A stretch of DNA of 64,000 nucleotides from an uncultured bacterium (GCA_963727525.1 CAVSGO010000007.1:1088001-1152000), one strand, 5' to 3'; positions 1 through 11,783 are shown, counted from the first letter of the stretch. Notes: a model not told the origin generated them from the sequence alone. Numbers and translations: made by a program.

Positions 1-961
1 CGGCGGCGAGGAAGTCCGCGAGAAGCTCGACGTCTTCCTCCTCCTCGCCGGGGAAGCCCAGCAGCGCCGTCGTGCGCAGCACGACGTCAGGACGCTCGCG
101 ACGCAGCGTGGCGAAGAAAGCCGCCGCCTTCTGCGGATCGCCTGGGCGTTTCATGGCTTTCAGCAGCCGGGGCGACGCGTGCTGGATAGGCAGGTCGAGA
201 TAGGGCGCCACCTTCGGCAGCGCGAGGATGCGCAGGGCGCGCTCGGCCGGGAAGAGTCCGGCGTAGAGGTAGAGCATGCGGATGCGGCGCAGGCCGTCGA
301 TGCCGCCCAGCGCCTCGAGCAGCCCTTCCAGGTCCTCGCCCGTGCCGCGGCCGAAGTCGCTCGTGTTCTGGGATACGAGCTGCACCTCGCTCACGCCTTG
401 CGCGGCGAGGTAACGCACCTCCTGCACAATCTCGGCCACCGGCCGACTGCGCAGGGTGCCGCGGATGAGCGGGATGCGGCAGAACGTGCACTTCTGGTTG
501 CAGCCCTCGCCGATCTTCACGAAGGCCACGTGGCCCGGCGTGAGCAGGGTGCGCTTGACGAGGCCGGTGTACCGCGCCTCCACCGCGGGCACCCGCAGCC
601 ACTCGGCGAATCCGGCCACTGCCGCCTCGACCACGCGGTCGAACTCACCCACGCCGCCCACCACGTCGACCTCGGGGTGACGGCGGGCTATGGCGTCGCC
701 GTGCTCCTGGGCCAGGCAACCCGTGACAACGAGGGTGCGCCCCGCCTTCTCGCGCGCGAAGGTGGCGATGGCCTCCTCGCTGTCACGCCGGGCAGCCTCG
801 ATGAAGCCGCAGGTGTTGAGCACCCAGATGTCGGCGTCGCCGGGTTCGCGCGCGGCCACGATACCGCGATCGGCGAAGCGTCCCAGCAGGGCCTCGGAGT
901 CCACCAGGTTCTTGTCGCAACCCAGGGTGTGGACGTACACCCGGCGCGGGGAGTCGTTCAT
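1..961 (-). CDS. rimO: Ribosomal protein S12 methylthiotransferase RimO (3' end outside window)
   Basis: Manual translation of the minus strand from ATG at 961 gives MNDSPRRVYVHTLGCDKNLVDSE. It also has NTCGFI and the radical-SAM motif EGCNQKCTFCRIP. The ORF runs off the window edge. Confidence 0.92.
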   Translation of the reverse strand, partial: MNDSPRRVYVHTLGCDKNLVDSEALLGRFADRGIVAAREPGDADIWVLNTCGFIEAARRDSEEAIATFAREKAGRTLVVTGCLAQEHGDAIARRHPEVDVVGGVGEFDRVVEAAVAGFAEWLRVPAVEARYTGLVKRTLLTPGHVAFVKIGEGCNQKCTFCRIPLIRGTLRSRPVAEIVQEVRYLAAQGVSEVQLVSQNTSDFGRGTGEDLEGLLEALGGIDGLRRIRMLYLYAGLFPAERALRILALPKVAPYLDLPIQHASPRLLKAMKRPGDPQKAAAFFATLRRERPDVVLRTTALLGFPGEEEEDVELLADFLAA

Positions 962-977
962 GCGGGCACCTCTATGG

Positions 978-3327
978 TCAATCATCGAGATCCGGTAGGT
1001 CATCCCCGAAAAGATCGGGCAAGTCGGCCGGTTTGACGAGCACGTCGCGCGCCTTGCTGCCGGTGAACGGCCCCACGATACCCGCCTCCTCCATCATGTC
1101 CATGAGTCGACCGGCCCGGGTATAGCCGATCCGCAGGCGCCGCTGCAGGAGCGACGTGGAGCCACTCTGGTGCGTCACGACGACACGGACGGCGTCGTTG
1201 AAGAGATCATCGTCGCCGGTGTGCACGCCCGCGGAGCCGTCGGCGCCGCCGGCGGTGAGGGAGATCTCCTCGGCCACGTGGGAGTACTCGCGCCAGTGCG
1301 CCGCCACGGCCTCGCACTCCTCCACCTCGACCAGCGCCCCATGCACGCGCACGGGCAGGGCGCGGCCGGGCTGCAGGTAAAGCATGTCGCCCTTGCCGAG
1401 CAAGGCCTCAGCGCCATTCATGTCGAGGATCGTGCGCGAGTCGTTCTTCTGGATCACTCGGAAGGCGATGCGGCAGGGGATGTTGGCCTTGATCACGCCG
1501 GTGAGCACGTCCACGCTGGGACGCTGCGTGGCCAGGATGAGGTGGATGCCCACGGCGCGCGCCTTCTGGGCGAGGCGGGTTACGGGGATCTCGAATTCCT
1601 GGCCGAGCTGCATCATGAGGTCGGCCAGCTCGTCGACGATGGTCAGGTAGTAGGGCATGGGCTCGGTGATGGGATCGCCGTCGGGCCTGGTGACCTCGCC
1701 GCGCGCCACCTTGGCGTTGTACTGCTCGATGTTGCGCACCGAACACTTGGCGAGCTGGCGATAGCGCAGGTCCATCTGCGCCGTCATCCATTTCATCGCT
1801 CGCAGGGCCTCCTTGGGATCCGTGACGACCGGCAGCAGGAGGTGCGGGATGCCGTTGTACACGTTCAGTTCGAGCATCTTGGGATCGATGAGCAGCAGCC
1901 GTAGCAGCGACGGGTCGTTGTAGAGCAGCAGGTTGGTGACCATGGCATTGATGCAAACCGATTTCCCGCTGCCCGTGGAGCCGGCCACCAGCAGATGCGG
2001 CTGTGCCGCGAGGTCGATGGCCACCGGCTGCCCCTCGACGTCCTTGCCCAGCACCACGGTGAGCGGATGGCGCGGCTGGGTGCGCGTGGCCTCGACCACC
2101 TCGCGCAGGCGCACGATCTGCGCCTTGCTGTTGGGGATCTCGATCCCCACGGCGGCCTTGCCCGGAATAGGCGCCTCCATGCGCAGCGAGCGCGCCTTCA
2201 TGGCCAGCGCGAGATCGTCGGACCGCTGCACGATCTGACTGACGCGGATACCCGCCGCCGGCTGGTACTCGAAGGTGGTGACCACCGGCCCCGGTCGCAC
2301 GTCCTTCACTTCGCCCTGTACGCCGAAGGAGCGCAGGGTGTCCTCGAGCAGGTCGGCCTCGGCGTCGAGCTCGGCAGGGCTCAGCTCGAGCTCCTCCTCC
2401 TCGGGCTCGCGCAGCAGATCGAGATCCGGCAGCTCCACCGGACCCTCGGGGTTGAACGCGGGCGCGAAGCCCAGTTCCGCGTCGGCCGCGCCGATTGCGG
2501 CCGCGACCGGTTGCAGTACGCGCTCGTCGGGTTCGGGCGGCAGGTGCAGGCGGCGCTGCTTGGGCGGAGGCGGCAGGGCGTTGGTATCCTCCTCCTCGTC
2601 CTCCTCGTCGTCTTCCGGCGCCGGCGCCCCCCCGCGCGCGGACGGGGCGCGGCGCCCCCGCGAGGGCTTCGGCTCCGACGTCGCCGACCGCGGCCACAGG
2701 CTGGCCAGGCCGCGCCACATGCTGCGTCCCAGCGCCGCCAGACCGCGGCCGATCCCGGTCAGCAAGACTCCCAGGCCACGGCCCAGCAGCTCGAGAACGG
2801 CTCGCAGGGGCGGCAACCAGGGGCGCAGGATCACGAGCACGACGACCAGGACCGCGAGGCCCGTGAAGAGGCGCCCTCCGCCCAGGCCAAAGACCGCGGT
2901 GAGGCCGCGGGCGATCCACACGCCCGACGCACCGGCCCAGCGCGCGGACACGTCGGGCCCCCAGGACCACCCGGGCAACCCGGCCATGGCCACGGTGGCC
3001 AGCCATAGCGGCGCGAGGCGCGCGAGCAACCAGCGCAGCAAGGCCGTACGATTGATCAGGCCCCCCACGCCCACGAGCGCCAGAACCACCGGCACCCCCC
3101 AGCACCAGGCGGCCCCGAAGAGGGCGTTCAGGGCGACATCGAGCACGGCGCCCACGGGCCCGCCCGGATGGCCGGGAGTGAGCAGAGTCGGCAGGTGCTC
3201 GCCCCGTAGCAGGCGCCACCAGGGCACCGTGGGGCCGGTGAGGGACAGACCGATGTACGCCGCCAGCGCCAGCAGGCACAGGCCCATCAACCAGGACGAT
3301 TCGTACCAGGGACGATGACTCGGGGCG

Positions 3328-3356
<29 letters not shown>
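978..3356 (-). CDS. ftsK: DNA translocase FtsK/SpoIIIE
   Basis: N-terminal TM segments, [14 protein letters not shown] Walker [14 protein letters not shown], and the C-terminal gamma domain ([19 protein letters not shown]). Confidence 0.97.
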
Positions 3357-4710
<1,354 letters not shown>

Positions 4711-4820
4711 GCGACGCATCCTCGCTGCGGGCCCATCGTTTACGCACGCCGGAGTCCACCGCCGACGGGTGGCCGACCCCGGCCCATGGTCGGGCATGGC
4801 GGCCGTGTTGGCAAGGGGTG

Positions 4821-6048
4821 CGTTGTACCCGCGAAATTGTGCATGCCTGGTTCCACGGTCGGAATTCATTGACCGCCGCGCCCGCTTCTAGAACGCGTAC
4901 TTCAGCTCGTGCCGCCGATTCACCCCCAGTACCGGCGTCTCCACCAGACCCCAGTAGTACTCCCGCCACCTCTCAGGCAACCCGATCCGCCCTGGAAACA
5001 ACCGTATCTCCAGGATGTCTGCCACCGTCAACCGCCGCGCCACCAGCCCCCGCAACATCGCCGGCGTCGACCAGCACCGCTTCTCCCAGCGCTTCTTCAC
5101 GAAGTTCTTCCACACCACGAACACCGCGAATCGCTCCGCCGCGGCCTGACGGCGCCGTGCGAATGCGATCGTCTCCCGCCGATGATCCGCCCGACTGTGC
5201 CGGATGAATGCATCCAGCGCGTTGATCTCGAACAGCGGATTGCGAGTATCCCGCTTCGCCCGCGAACTGATCGTCTGGTGGTCGATTTCAACGGCCAGTC
5301 CCCGCATCGCCCGCGGATAGGCCTGATGCTCGTCGCTATGCACCGTCGCCACGGTGGCCCCGGCCAGGGTGACCTCGAGCACCTCGCGCATCCCTTGCTC
5401 GACAGCTTTCGGGTCAGGCGTCCCGAACGCGGCTTCGAGCGCTGCTCGACGCATCTTCTGGGCCTCGCTCATCCGGCCGCTTCGCCGCTGCGGCGCCTCG
5501 GTGAAGTGCTCGACGAAGCTGTTGTCCCGGTTGACGGCGACCAGGAACTCGAACGGGTAGTCCTGGCTGTACTCGAAGGTGACGAAGCCATCGATGGCGA
5601 TGTCAGCGGGAGGAGACGCTCCGGTGAGCATGTGTCGCTGAAAGAGCAGGCAGTGGCGGCCGAGGCGGGCGAGCTGGAGATCGGCGGTCGCGGGAGCACA
5701 TTTGAGCGTCCGGGCCGCCTGGCGGTTGGCCATGGCGTTGACGGAGAGATCGAGGATCAGGGGCAGCAGAAGCGGCTTCTTGAGCCAGTAGGTGGTGGAG
5801 AAGGTCTGTTTGGAGAAGGATCGGCCGCAGTGTCGGCACTGGAAGCGGGGGACGAGGTGGGGCGGGTTGAGTCGTCGGAAGTACCCGCGCCTGAGGAAGG
5901 GCCAGGGGCCGTGCATGTGGTGGTGGTGGTGGCAGTTGGGGTTGGGGCAGTGAGGCGGGGACCAGGGTTGAGCTGAGGGCGAAGTCGGTGAGCACATGGC
6001 CTCGGGTCAGGCAAGCACCGGGCCATGCACAATTTCGCAGGTACAACC
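4821..6048 (-). mobile_element. Insertion sequence, copy 1 (IS1/IS1595-like, ~1.23 kb)
   Basis: Terminal inverted repeats GTTGTACC(C/T)GCGAAATTGTGCAT at 4822-4844 and 6025-6047 enclose one transposase ORF. A near-identical copy lies at 56001-57227. Confidence 0.92.
4888..5997 (-). CDS. Transposase, Zn-ribbon + HTH + DDE/D-type core (IS1-like)
   Basis: CPNPNC...CRHC zinc ribbon, HTH (NRQAARTLKC), and acidic motifs IAIDGFVTFE and VHSDEHQAY. Flanked by IRs and duplicated in the window. Confidence 0.88.
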   Translation of the reverse strand: MCSPTSPSAQPWSPPHCPNPNCHHHHHMHGPWPFLRRGYFRRLNPPHLVPRFQCRHCGRSFSKQTFSTTYWLKKPLLLPLILDLSVNAMANRQAARTLKCAPATADLQLARLGRHCLLFQRHMLTGASPPADIAIDGFVTFEYSQDYPFEFLVAVNRDNSFVEHFTEAPQRRSGRMSEAQKMRRAALEAAFGTPDPKAVEQGMREVLEVTLAGATVATVHSDEHQAYPRAMRGLAVEIDHQTISSRAKRDTRNPLFEINALDAFIRHSRADHRRETIAFARRRQAAAERFAVFVVWKNFVKKRWEKRCWSTPAMLRGLVARRLTVADILEIRLFPGRIGLPERWREYYWGLVETPVLGVNRRHELKYAF

Positions 6049-6082
6049 CAACGCAAGCGGGGAGCCCGGAAAGGCCCCCCGC
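6049..6082 (-). terminator. Intrinsic terminator-like hairpin downstream of the pilT-like gene
   Basis: Minus strand GCGGGGGGCCT-TTCC-GGGCTCCCCGC followed by TTGCGTTG, 16 nt after the stop codon. The U-tract is weak. Confidence 0.6.
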
Positions 6083-6098
6083 CTCGACCGGCCCCCGC

Positions 6099-7244
6099 TC
6101 AGGAGCGAGAGGGTTCGGCCTGGGGAATCGACGGCGTGGCTTCGAAGCGGTCCCATGTGGTGTCGCTGCTACCCTGGATACCCTTGACACGCAGCGCGAA
6201 CTCGTGCGGGTTGCTCGAGGCGTGCATGGCTGCATCGAGGGTGATCTTGTTCTGCTTGAAGAGCTGCATGAGCGACTGATCGAAGGTCTGCATCTGATAC
6301 TGCACGAAGCCTTCCTGGATCGCCTGGCGAATGAGCACCGTCTTCTCCGGGTCGCGGATGTAGTCGCGGATGGTGCTGGTGGCGATCATGATCTCGGCGG
6401 CCGGGTACCGGCGCTCGCCCGCCGGATCAGCGACCAGGCGCTGGGAGATGACGGCCTGCATCGTGGAAGCGAGCAGGAAACGGATTTCTTGATGCTGGTG
6501 CGGCGGGAAAAACGAGATGATGCGGCTGATCGTCTGCGTGGCGTCGATGGTGTGCATGGTGCTCAGCACGAGGTGGCCCGTGTCGGCCGCCGTGAGGGCG
6601 ACGCGCATCGACTCGGTGTCGCGGATCTCGCCGATGAGGATGGTGTCGGGATCCTGACGCAGGATGTGCTTGAGCGCCTCGGGATAGCCGCCGGTGTCGG
6701 CGCCGATCTCGCGCTGGCTGATGATGCTCTTCTTGTCCCGGTGCAGGAACTCGATCGGGTCCTCGATGGTGATCACGTGGCACGAGCACTCGGTGTTGAT
6801 GATGTCGACCATCGAGGCAAGGGTCGTGGACTTGCCGCTGCCGACGGTGCCGGTGACCAGGATCATGCCGCGCGGTTTGATGGCGAGGTCGCGAATCACG
6901 GCGGGCAACTGCAGTTCCTCGAGAGTCTTGATCTGCACGGGCACGTGACGGAAGACCATGGCGATGGAGCCGCGCTGCACGTAGAAATTGGCGCGGAAAC
7001 GGGCCACGCCGGGCACGCCGAAGGCGAAGTCGATCTCGCGCGTCTTCTCGAACTGCTCGCGCTGAGTGGCCGTGAGGATCTGCTGGGCGATCGCCACCAT
7101 GTCCTGCACGGCGGGCGCGCCATGGGACATGAAGACGAGATGCCCGTTGATACGCAGGACGGGCGGCGAGGCGACCTTGAGATGCAGATCGCTGGCCCCC
7201 CGCTCGATCATTTCTTTCAGGATACGCTTGATGTCCAGAGCCAC
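6099..7244 (-). CDS. pilT: PilT/PilU-family type IV pilus retraction ATPase
   Basis: ASDLHLKV, VTGTVGSGKSTT, ITIEDPIEF, LRQDPDTILIGEIRD, TGHLVLSTMHT, MQTFDQSL. GTG start at 7244 behind AAGGAG. Confidence 0.9.
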   Translation of the reverse strand: MALDIKRILKEMIERGASDLHLKVASPPVLRINGHLVFMSHGAPAVQDMVAIAQQILTATQREQFEKTREIDFAFGVPGVARFRANFYVQRGSIAMVFRHVPVQIKTLEELQLPAVIRDLAIKPRGMILVTGTVGSGKSTTLASMVDIINTECSCHVITIEDPIEFLHRDKKSIISQREIGADTGGYPEALKHILRQDPDTILIGEIRDTESMRVALTAADTGHLVLSTMHTIDATQTISRIISFFPPHQHQEIRFLLASTMQAVISQRLVADPAGERRYPAAEIMIATSTIRDYIRDPEKTVLIRQAIQEGFVQYQMQTFDQSLMQLFKQNKITLDAAMHASSNPHEFALRVKGIQGSSDTTWDRFEATPSIPQAEPSRS

Positions 7245-7383
7245 GAGGACGCTCCTTGCTGGCATACGCGAACCGGCCGTCGCGGACGGCGGAGGGGCGG
7301 ACGAGCCCCCTTCACCTGCGATGATCGGCCGGGGCGCGTCGAACTTGAGCCAGGGAGCGCGGAGCCATCTGGCGAGACCCCGG

Positions 7384-7821
7384 TCAGGGTTCGATGCGGA
7401 ACAGCACGGCCTCGGCCTCCACCGGGCCGCCGTCGACAGCCAGGATCTCCCTCACCGTGCCGCCGAATTCCGCCTCGATCTCGTTCATCACCTTCATGGC
7501 CTCGATGATGCAGAGGGTCTGTCCCGCCGTCACCCGGGAGCCCACCGACACGAAGGCCTCCGACCCGGGGGCCGGAGAACGATAGAACGTGCCCACGATG
7601 GGAGAGGTCACGTCGCGCCAGCCCGGTGTGGGCGTGGCCGGTGGCGGCGGAGCCGCGTTCGGCGTCACAGCGGCCATGGGCGGCGGTGCCGGCGGGGCGA
7701 CCGGGGCGGCCGCACCCGTCTTGCAGATGCGCACGGTGGTCTCGCCGTTCGTCACCTCCAGCTCGGCGATGCCGCTCTCCTCGACCAGCTTGACCAGTTC
7801 TCGCACCTTTTCGATATCCAT
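7384..7821 (-). CDS. accB: Biotin carboxyl carrier protein
   Basis: Pro/Ala linker, SPIVGTFYRSP, and the biotinylation motif IEAMKVMNEI. Confidence 0.96.
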   Translation of the reverse strand: MDIEKVRELVKLVEESGIAELEVTNGETTVRICKTGAAAPVAPPAPPPMAAVTPNAAPPPPATPTPGWRDVTSPIVGTFYRSPAPGSEAFVSVGSRVTAGQTLCIIEAMKVMNEIEAEFGGTVREILAVDGGPVEAEAVLFRIEP

Positions 7822-7846
7822 GCGTGTCCTTCCCGTTCGGACCGGC

Positions 7847-8404
7847 TCAGACCCGCCCGAGATACTTGCCCGTCCGCGTGTCGATCTTGAGGACCTCGCC
7901 CTCCTCGATGAAGAGCGGCACCTGTACCACGAGCCCCGTCTCCAGAGTGGCCGGCTTGGAGCCGCCCTGCGCGGTATCGCCGCGCAGGCCGGGATCAGTC
8001 GACGCCACTTCCAGTTCCACGGTCACCGGCGCCTCGACGCTCAGCGGCTTGTCATCGAGCAGGAGGGCGTTGCAGATGACGCTTTCCTTGACGTACAGCG
8101 GCAGGTCGCCGAGGGAATCCTGCGGCAGCATGATCTGTTCGTACGTCTCCATGTTCATGAACGTATAGAACTCACCGTCGTTGTAGAGGTACTGGTAGTC
8201 GCGCCGCTCGAGGCGTACTTCCTCCACCTTCTCACCCGCACGGAACGTCTCTTCTATGACCTTGCCGCTCGTGACGCCCTTGAGGCGCGTCCGCACGAAA
8301 GCCCCGCCCTTGCCCGGCTTGATGTGCTGGAACTCGACGATGGTCCACAGGTCGCCCCTGTGCCGGATGGTGTAGCCGGTGCGAAAGTTGGTTGTATCCG
8401 CCAC
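7847..8404 (-). CDS. efp: Translation elongation factor P
   Basis: HIKPGKGGAFVRTRLK, GDTAQGGSKPATLETG. GTG start at 8404. Confidence 0.97.
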   Translation of the reverse strand: MADTTNFRTGYTIRHRGDLWTIVEFQHIKPGKGGAFVRTRLKGVTSGKVIEETFRAGEKVEEVRLERRDYQYLYNDGEFYTFMNMETYEQIMLPQDSLGDLPLYVKESVICNALLLDDKPLSVEAPVTVELEVASTDPGLRGDTAQGGSKPATLETGLVVQVPLFIEEGEVLKIDTRTGKYLGRV

Positions 8405-8497
8405 GGTCGCCTGCCTTTCTTTTGAGACAGCGATCAAGGTGTTTTGCCTGCCAATGGATAGCATCCGCCTCGCGGCTTGGCAACGAGGATACCGCGA

Positions 8498-9289
8498 TCA
8501 GTGCCCGGATTCCTCCGAACGGGCGCGTTCCAGCCACGCTTTGAAACGTTCGTGGTCGGCCTGGCGGTCCGCGGCCGTCCGCCGCCGGATCCGCTCCCGG
8601 GGCACGGCGCTGGCGGCCGCCGGTGGCGGAACGGCGGGCGCCGGAGCCTCCTCTTCCGCCTTCTCCAGGGCGGCCAGGCGCTCCTGCACGTCGGGCCTGC
8701 CCGGCGTCGCCGCGGCGAGTTGCAGGAGGATGCGCCGTGCCTGGTCGCGATGCCCCTGGCGCAGGAACAGGTCGGCCAGCGTGAGCGTGGCCAGGCCATT
8801 GCCAGCCGCCTCGGCCAACTGAGACTCGGGTGCCGGCGCCGCAAGCGGCGCCGGCGGCACGGTGTCCGCCAGGTGCCGGCGGGCATCGCGCAAGCGATCA
8901 TGGATCACCAGATCGTCGGGCTCCAGTCGCGACAGTCGTTCAAGTCGTGGCACGGCGGCCACCCAGTCGCCGCGTCCCTCGGCATCGGCGGCGAGGAGGC
9001 GCAGAGCCACCAGGTTGTCCGGATCGCGGGCGAGTGCGCGGCCGAGCATGTCCCGCGCGCCGTCGGCATCGGCCAGCTCATCGCGGAGCTGTCCGAGGGC
9101 GACCAGCGCCGACACGTACTGCGGATGTTGCGCGATACCCGCCTCGAGCACGCGGCACGCGTCGTCGATGCGGCCGTTCTGGCGATAGAGATCGGCAAGA
9201 GGTACGAAGCACCGCGACAGCGGATCGCGCGCGAGGCGCGACTCGAAATGCGTCAGCAGGCGTTCGCGATCGACGGCCTCATGCCCCAT
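8498..9289 (-). CDS. Tetratricopeptide repeat protein
   Basis: MGHEAVDRERLL...DPLSRCFVPLADLYRQ, TPR-like helices and a TLTLADLFLRQG motif. ATG at 9289 behind GAGGA. Confidence 0.8.
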   Translation of the reverse strand: MGHEAVDRERLLTHFESRLARDPLSRCFVPLADLYRQNGRIDDACRVLEAGIAQHPQYVSALVALGQLRDELADADGARDMLGRALARDPDNLVALRLLAADAEGRGDWVAAVPRLERLSRLEPDDLVIHDRLRDARRHLADTVPPAPLAAPAPESQLAEAAGNGLATLTLADLFLRQGHRDQARRILLQLAAATPGRPDVQERLAALEKAEEEAPAPAVPPPAAASAVPRERIRRRTAADRQADHERFKAWLERARSEESGH

Positions 9290-9449
9290 GAAGATTCCTC
9301 GCGTTGGTTGGGCGAGCGACGATACGCCATCGAATAGACGAGTCAGCGATTCGACGCGCATGCGATCAGGAGCGCATGCGATCCGACCTGCCTGCGAATC
9401 GCCGTGCTCGTGATTCGGCACCTGCCCCCGAGCGATACGGTGAGGAGGA

Positions 9450-9478
9450 ATTGTAAGCGTAGCGTTGTCGTCGGGCAA
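9450..9478 (-). promoter_or_regulatory. Sigma70-type promoter for the TPR-efp-accB transcript
   Basis: Minus strand TTGCCC-N17-TACAAT. Confidence 0.65.
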
Positions 9479-9531
9479 GCGTCTCGTGAACGCATATCTC
9501 GCGAAACTGCGCGACGCCGACGCGCCGTCCT

Positions 9532-10206
9532 CTACCCGAGTCCAAGCCAGTCGCCCAGCAGAAACCGCAGGCGACCGACGAGAAGAGTCACGCGCCCCAT
9601 CACCGCAGACGCGAAGGTCGCGCCGAAGGCCGCCATCAGAAACATCAGGCCGACCCGTGCCACGCGGTTGCGTGTGGCATGGCTGCGTCGCGTGTACGTG
9701 AAGTAGACGAGGCCGCAGATGGTGCCGATCACGACGAGCCACTGGTTGACGGTCGCGGCCCAGTCGACACCCGCCACGCCGCGCACGAGCACGCCCGGCG
9801 TGACCGTGGCCGCGATCTGGTTGAGAAAATCCGAACGCAGATAACGCACGAGGTTGTAGCCGAGCGTGGTGCCGACGGCGAATGCGGTGGGCCAGCGCGC
9901 GATCCAGGCGTAGCGCGGCCAGAGCCGTAGGAGCATGAACAGACCGAGCACGATCGGCACCAGCACCATGGGATCGGCGGGCGGCAACGCCGCGCGCGGA
10001 TGCGTGACGTGCACGGCAGCCGGGACGAGCTTGCACACCCCGTTCGGCCAGAGTGTCGACCAGAAGCCGACCACCATCCAGTAGGCCGCCGAGACGCCCA
10101 CGAAGAGATGCTCGGCGAACTTGTAGAACGAATTGTCGCGCCACAGGAAGCTGAAGACCATCAGCGTGAGTGCGGCGGCGATCCAGGTCTCGAGTTGCGT
10201 GCTCAC
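9532..10206 (-). CDS. Conserved hypothetical multi-pass membrane protein (GlmL-like operon)
   Basis: About 6 hydrophobic helices and the motif SFLWRDNSFYKFAEHLFVGVSAAY. GTG start overlaps the upstream stop. Confidence 0.8.
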   Translation of the reverse strand: MSTQLETWIAAALTLMVFSFLWRDNSFYKFAEHLFVGVSAAYWMVVGFWSTLWPNGVCKLVPAAVHVTHPRAALPPADPMVLVPIVLGLFMLLRLWPRYAWIARWPTAFAVGTTLGYNLVRYLRSDFLNQIAATVTPGVLVRGVAGVDWAATVNQWLVVIGTICGLVYFTYTRRSHATRNRVARVGLMFLMAAFGATFASAVMGRVTLLVGRLRFLLGDWLGLG

Positions 10207-11069
10207 GTGCCCCTCCCCCGTCGCCGCTGCCACCAGTGTGCCACCAGCCCCACGTTGCCGAGCGCGAGATACAGGAGGATGAGGGCGTGCGCCACCGCCT
10301 GCGGCCCCATGCCCACCGTCGCCGGACGAGGTGGATGTCGCTGCGGATACTCCTCGGCCAGCGCACCCTCATACTCAGCCGCGCCTTTGAGTCCCCCGAC
10401 CAGCCCCACGAGCTGCCGCGGAAAGTATGCGAGGTACTCCGGCATGCCGATGGCCGTGCAGCCGCCGGCCACGGGCACGCCCGCCGCATCGCCGCCGTAA
10501 AGGATCCACTCCTTCAGGCCGGGCGTGCCGGCGGTGAGTCCGATGATGAGCGGAAAATCGGCGAGGCGCGTGATGCCGTGCAGCGCCGGACACGAGTCGA
10601 GCGACGTGCCCGCCAGGTCGGTGCTATAAATCGCCCGCAGGTCCTGGCGCAGCGTGTTGATCACCATCGTGCCGCCAGCCTTGTAGCCGAGCGCCACCCA
10701 GTCGCGCCCCGCGCGCCGGTCGGCGAACTCCCGGGCCAGAACGTCGGTACGCAGTTGCTGGAACATCGCGTTACCCTCAGGGAAGAGCGACACGTACACC
10801 GGTCGCAGGCCGCGCCAGAGCAGGTGGCGAGTGATCGCCTGCGCCATGGGCTCGATCTCCGGCGAGGAACCGGGGCTGTAGTCGAGAGAGACCAGCACCG
10901 GCGACCCGGGCGGCAGCGCCTCGATCGCGGCGAAGACGGGCGCCGTGAAGCACGACGGATGATCAGGGAACACCGGACGCACCAGCAGCGTCACGATTAG
11001 CGCCACCAGCAGCAGCAGGTAGAGCCAGCGGCGGTCGATGCGGCCGAGGGCGTCGAGCGTGCGGATCAC
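10203..11069 (-). CDS. Conserved hypothetical membrane-anchored protein (GlmL-like operon)
   Basis: IDRRWLYLLL N-terminal TM, soluble alpha/beta domain (DYSPGSSPEIEPM, GLVGGLKGAAEYE), C-terminal TM. GTGA overlap with the upstream gene. Confidence 0.8.
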   Translation of the reverse strand: MIRTLDALGRIDRRWLYLLLLVALIVTLLVRPVFPDHPSCFTAPVFAAIEALPPGSPVLVSLDYSPGSSPEIEPMAQAITRHLLWRGLRPVYVSLFPEGNAMFQQLRTDVLAREFADRRAGRDWVALGYKAGGTMVINTLRQDLRAIYSTDLAGTSLDSCPALHGITRLADFPLIIGLTAGTPGLKEWILYGGDAAGVPVAGGCTAIGMPEYLAYFPRQLVGLVGGLKGAAEYEGALAEEYPQRHPPRPATVGMGPQAVAHALILLYLALGNVGLVAHWWQRRRGRGT

Positions 11070-11773
11070 CGGCCACCTCCCCCGTCGCGCCCGGGACTCA
11101 GCAGGATCCTCAACGTCATCGCCGCCACGCCCAGCGCGATGCCGATCAGGATCGCACGTTGGCCCGCCACGTTGGGTACACTCATGATCCAGATGCTCAG
11201 CGTGTCGATCCGCAGGAATCCCAGCCACGTGGGCAGCGGATCGCTCAGCCAGGTTCCCAGGGGTGTTCGCCCGAGCAGCACGATCGCAGCCGACACGAGC
11301 AACACCGCGGCTTCCGGCGAGCGCAGGCGAAAGGCACGGTAGGCGGCCGAGGCCACGAAGAATGCGAGCAACGAGTAGAGCGTGGCCATGAGGGGCCTGT
11401 ACACGGCTGCGAAGATCAGCGAGAAGAGCGTGCCGGGATCGGTGACCTCGCCCTGCAAACCGGGTGCACCGCCGATCTTGGCAAGCCCGACGACGAGCAC
11501 GACCGTGAACGACACCAGCGTCACCACAGAGTAAGCCCAGTCCTCGCGCTGCCGCAGGATGCGTGTCACGTGATGCTTCAGAAGATTTGCACCGCCCAGG
11601 ATGAAGGCGAATACCGCGAGGATGTCGAACCACAGGGAGAAGTGGCGGTCGATGTAGTCGAAGGCCCGCGGGACCCACGCCGCCCGACCGGCGCCAGGCA
11701 GCGCGACGAACGACGTCAGGATCAGCAGGATCCCGACGACGGACGTGATCAACCGTGGCAACTGGCGCTTCAC
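11066..11773 (-). CDS. Conserved hypothetical multi-pass membrane protein (GlmL-like operon)
   Basis: Hydrophobic helices with motifs YSLLAFFVASAAYRAFRLRS and PNVAGQRAILIGIALG. Confidence 0.8.
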   Translation of the reverse strand: MKRQLPRLITSVVGILLILTSFVALPGAGRAAWVPRAFDYIDRHFSLWFDILAVFAFILGGANLLKHHVTRILRQREDWAYSVVTLVSFTVVLVVGLAKIGGAPGLQGEVTDPGTLFSLIFAAVYRPLMATLYSLLAFFVASAAYRAFRLRSPEAAVLLVSAAIVLLGRTPLGTWLSDPLPTWLGFLRIDTLSIWIMSVPNVAGQRAILIGIALGVAAMTLRILLSPGRDGGGGR

Positions 11774-11783
11774 CGACGTCTCC

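Noticed and set aside
8498-10489. 663-aa ORF from the ORF track as a single gene
   Set aside because: Only the part from ATG 9289 looks like protein. The upstream part overlaps real genes in another frame and a promoter.
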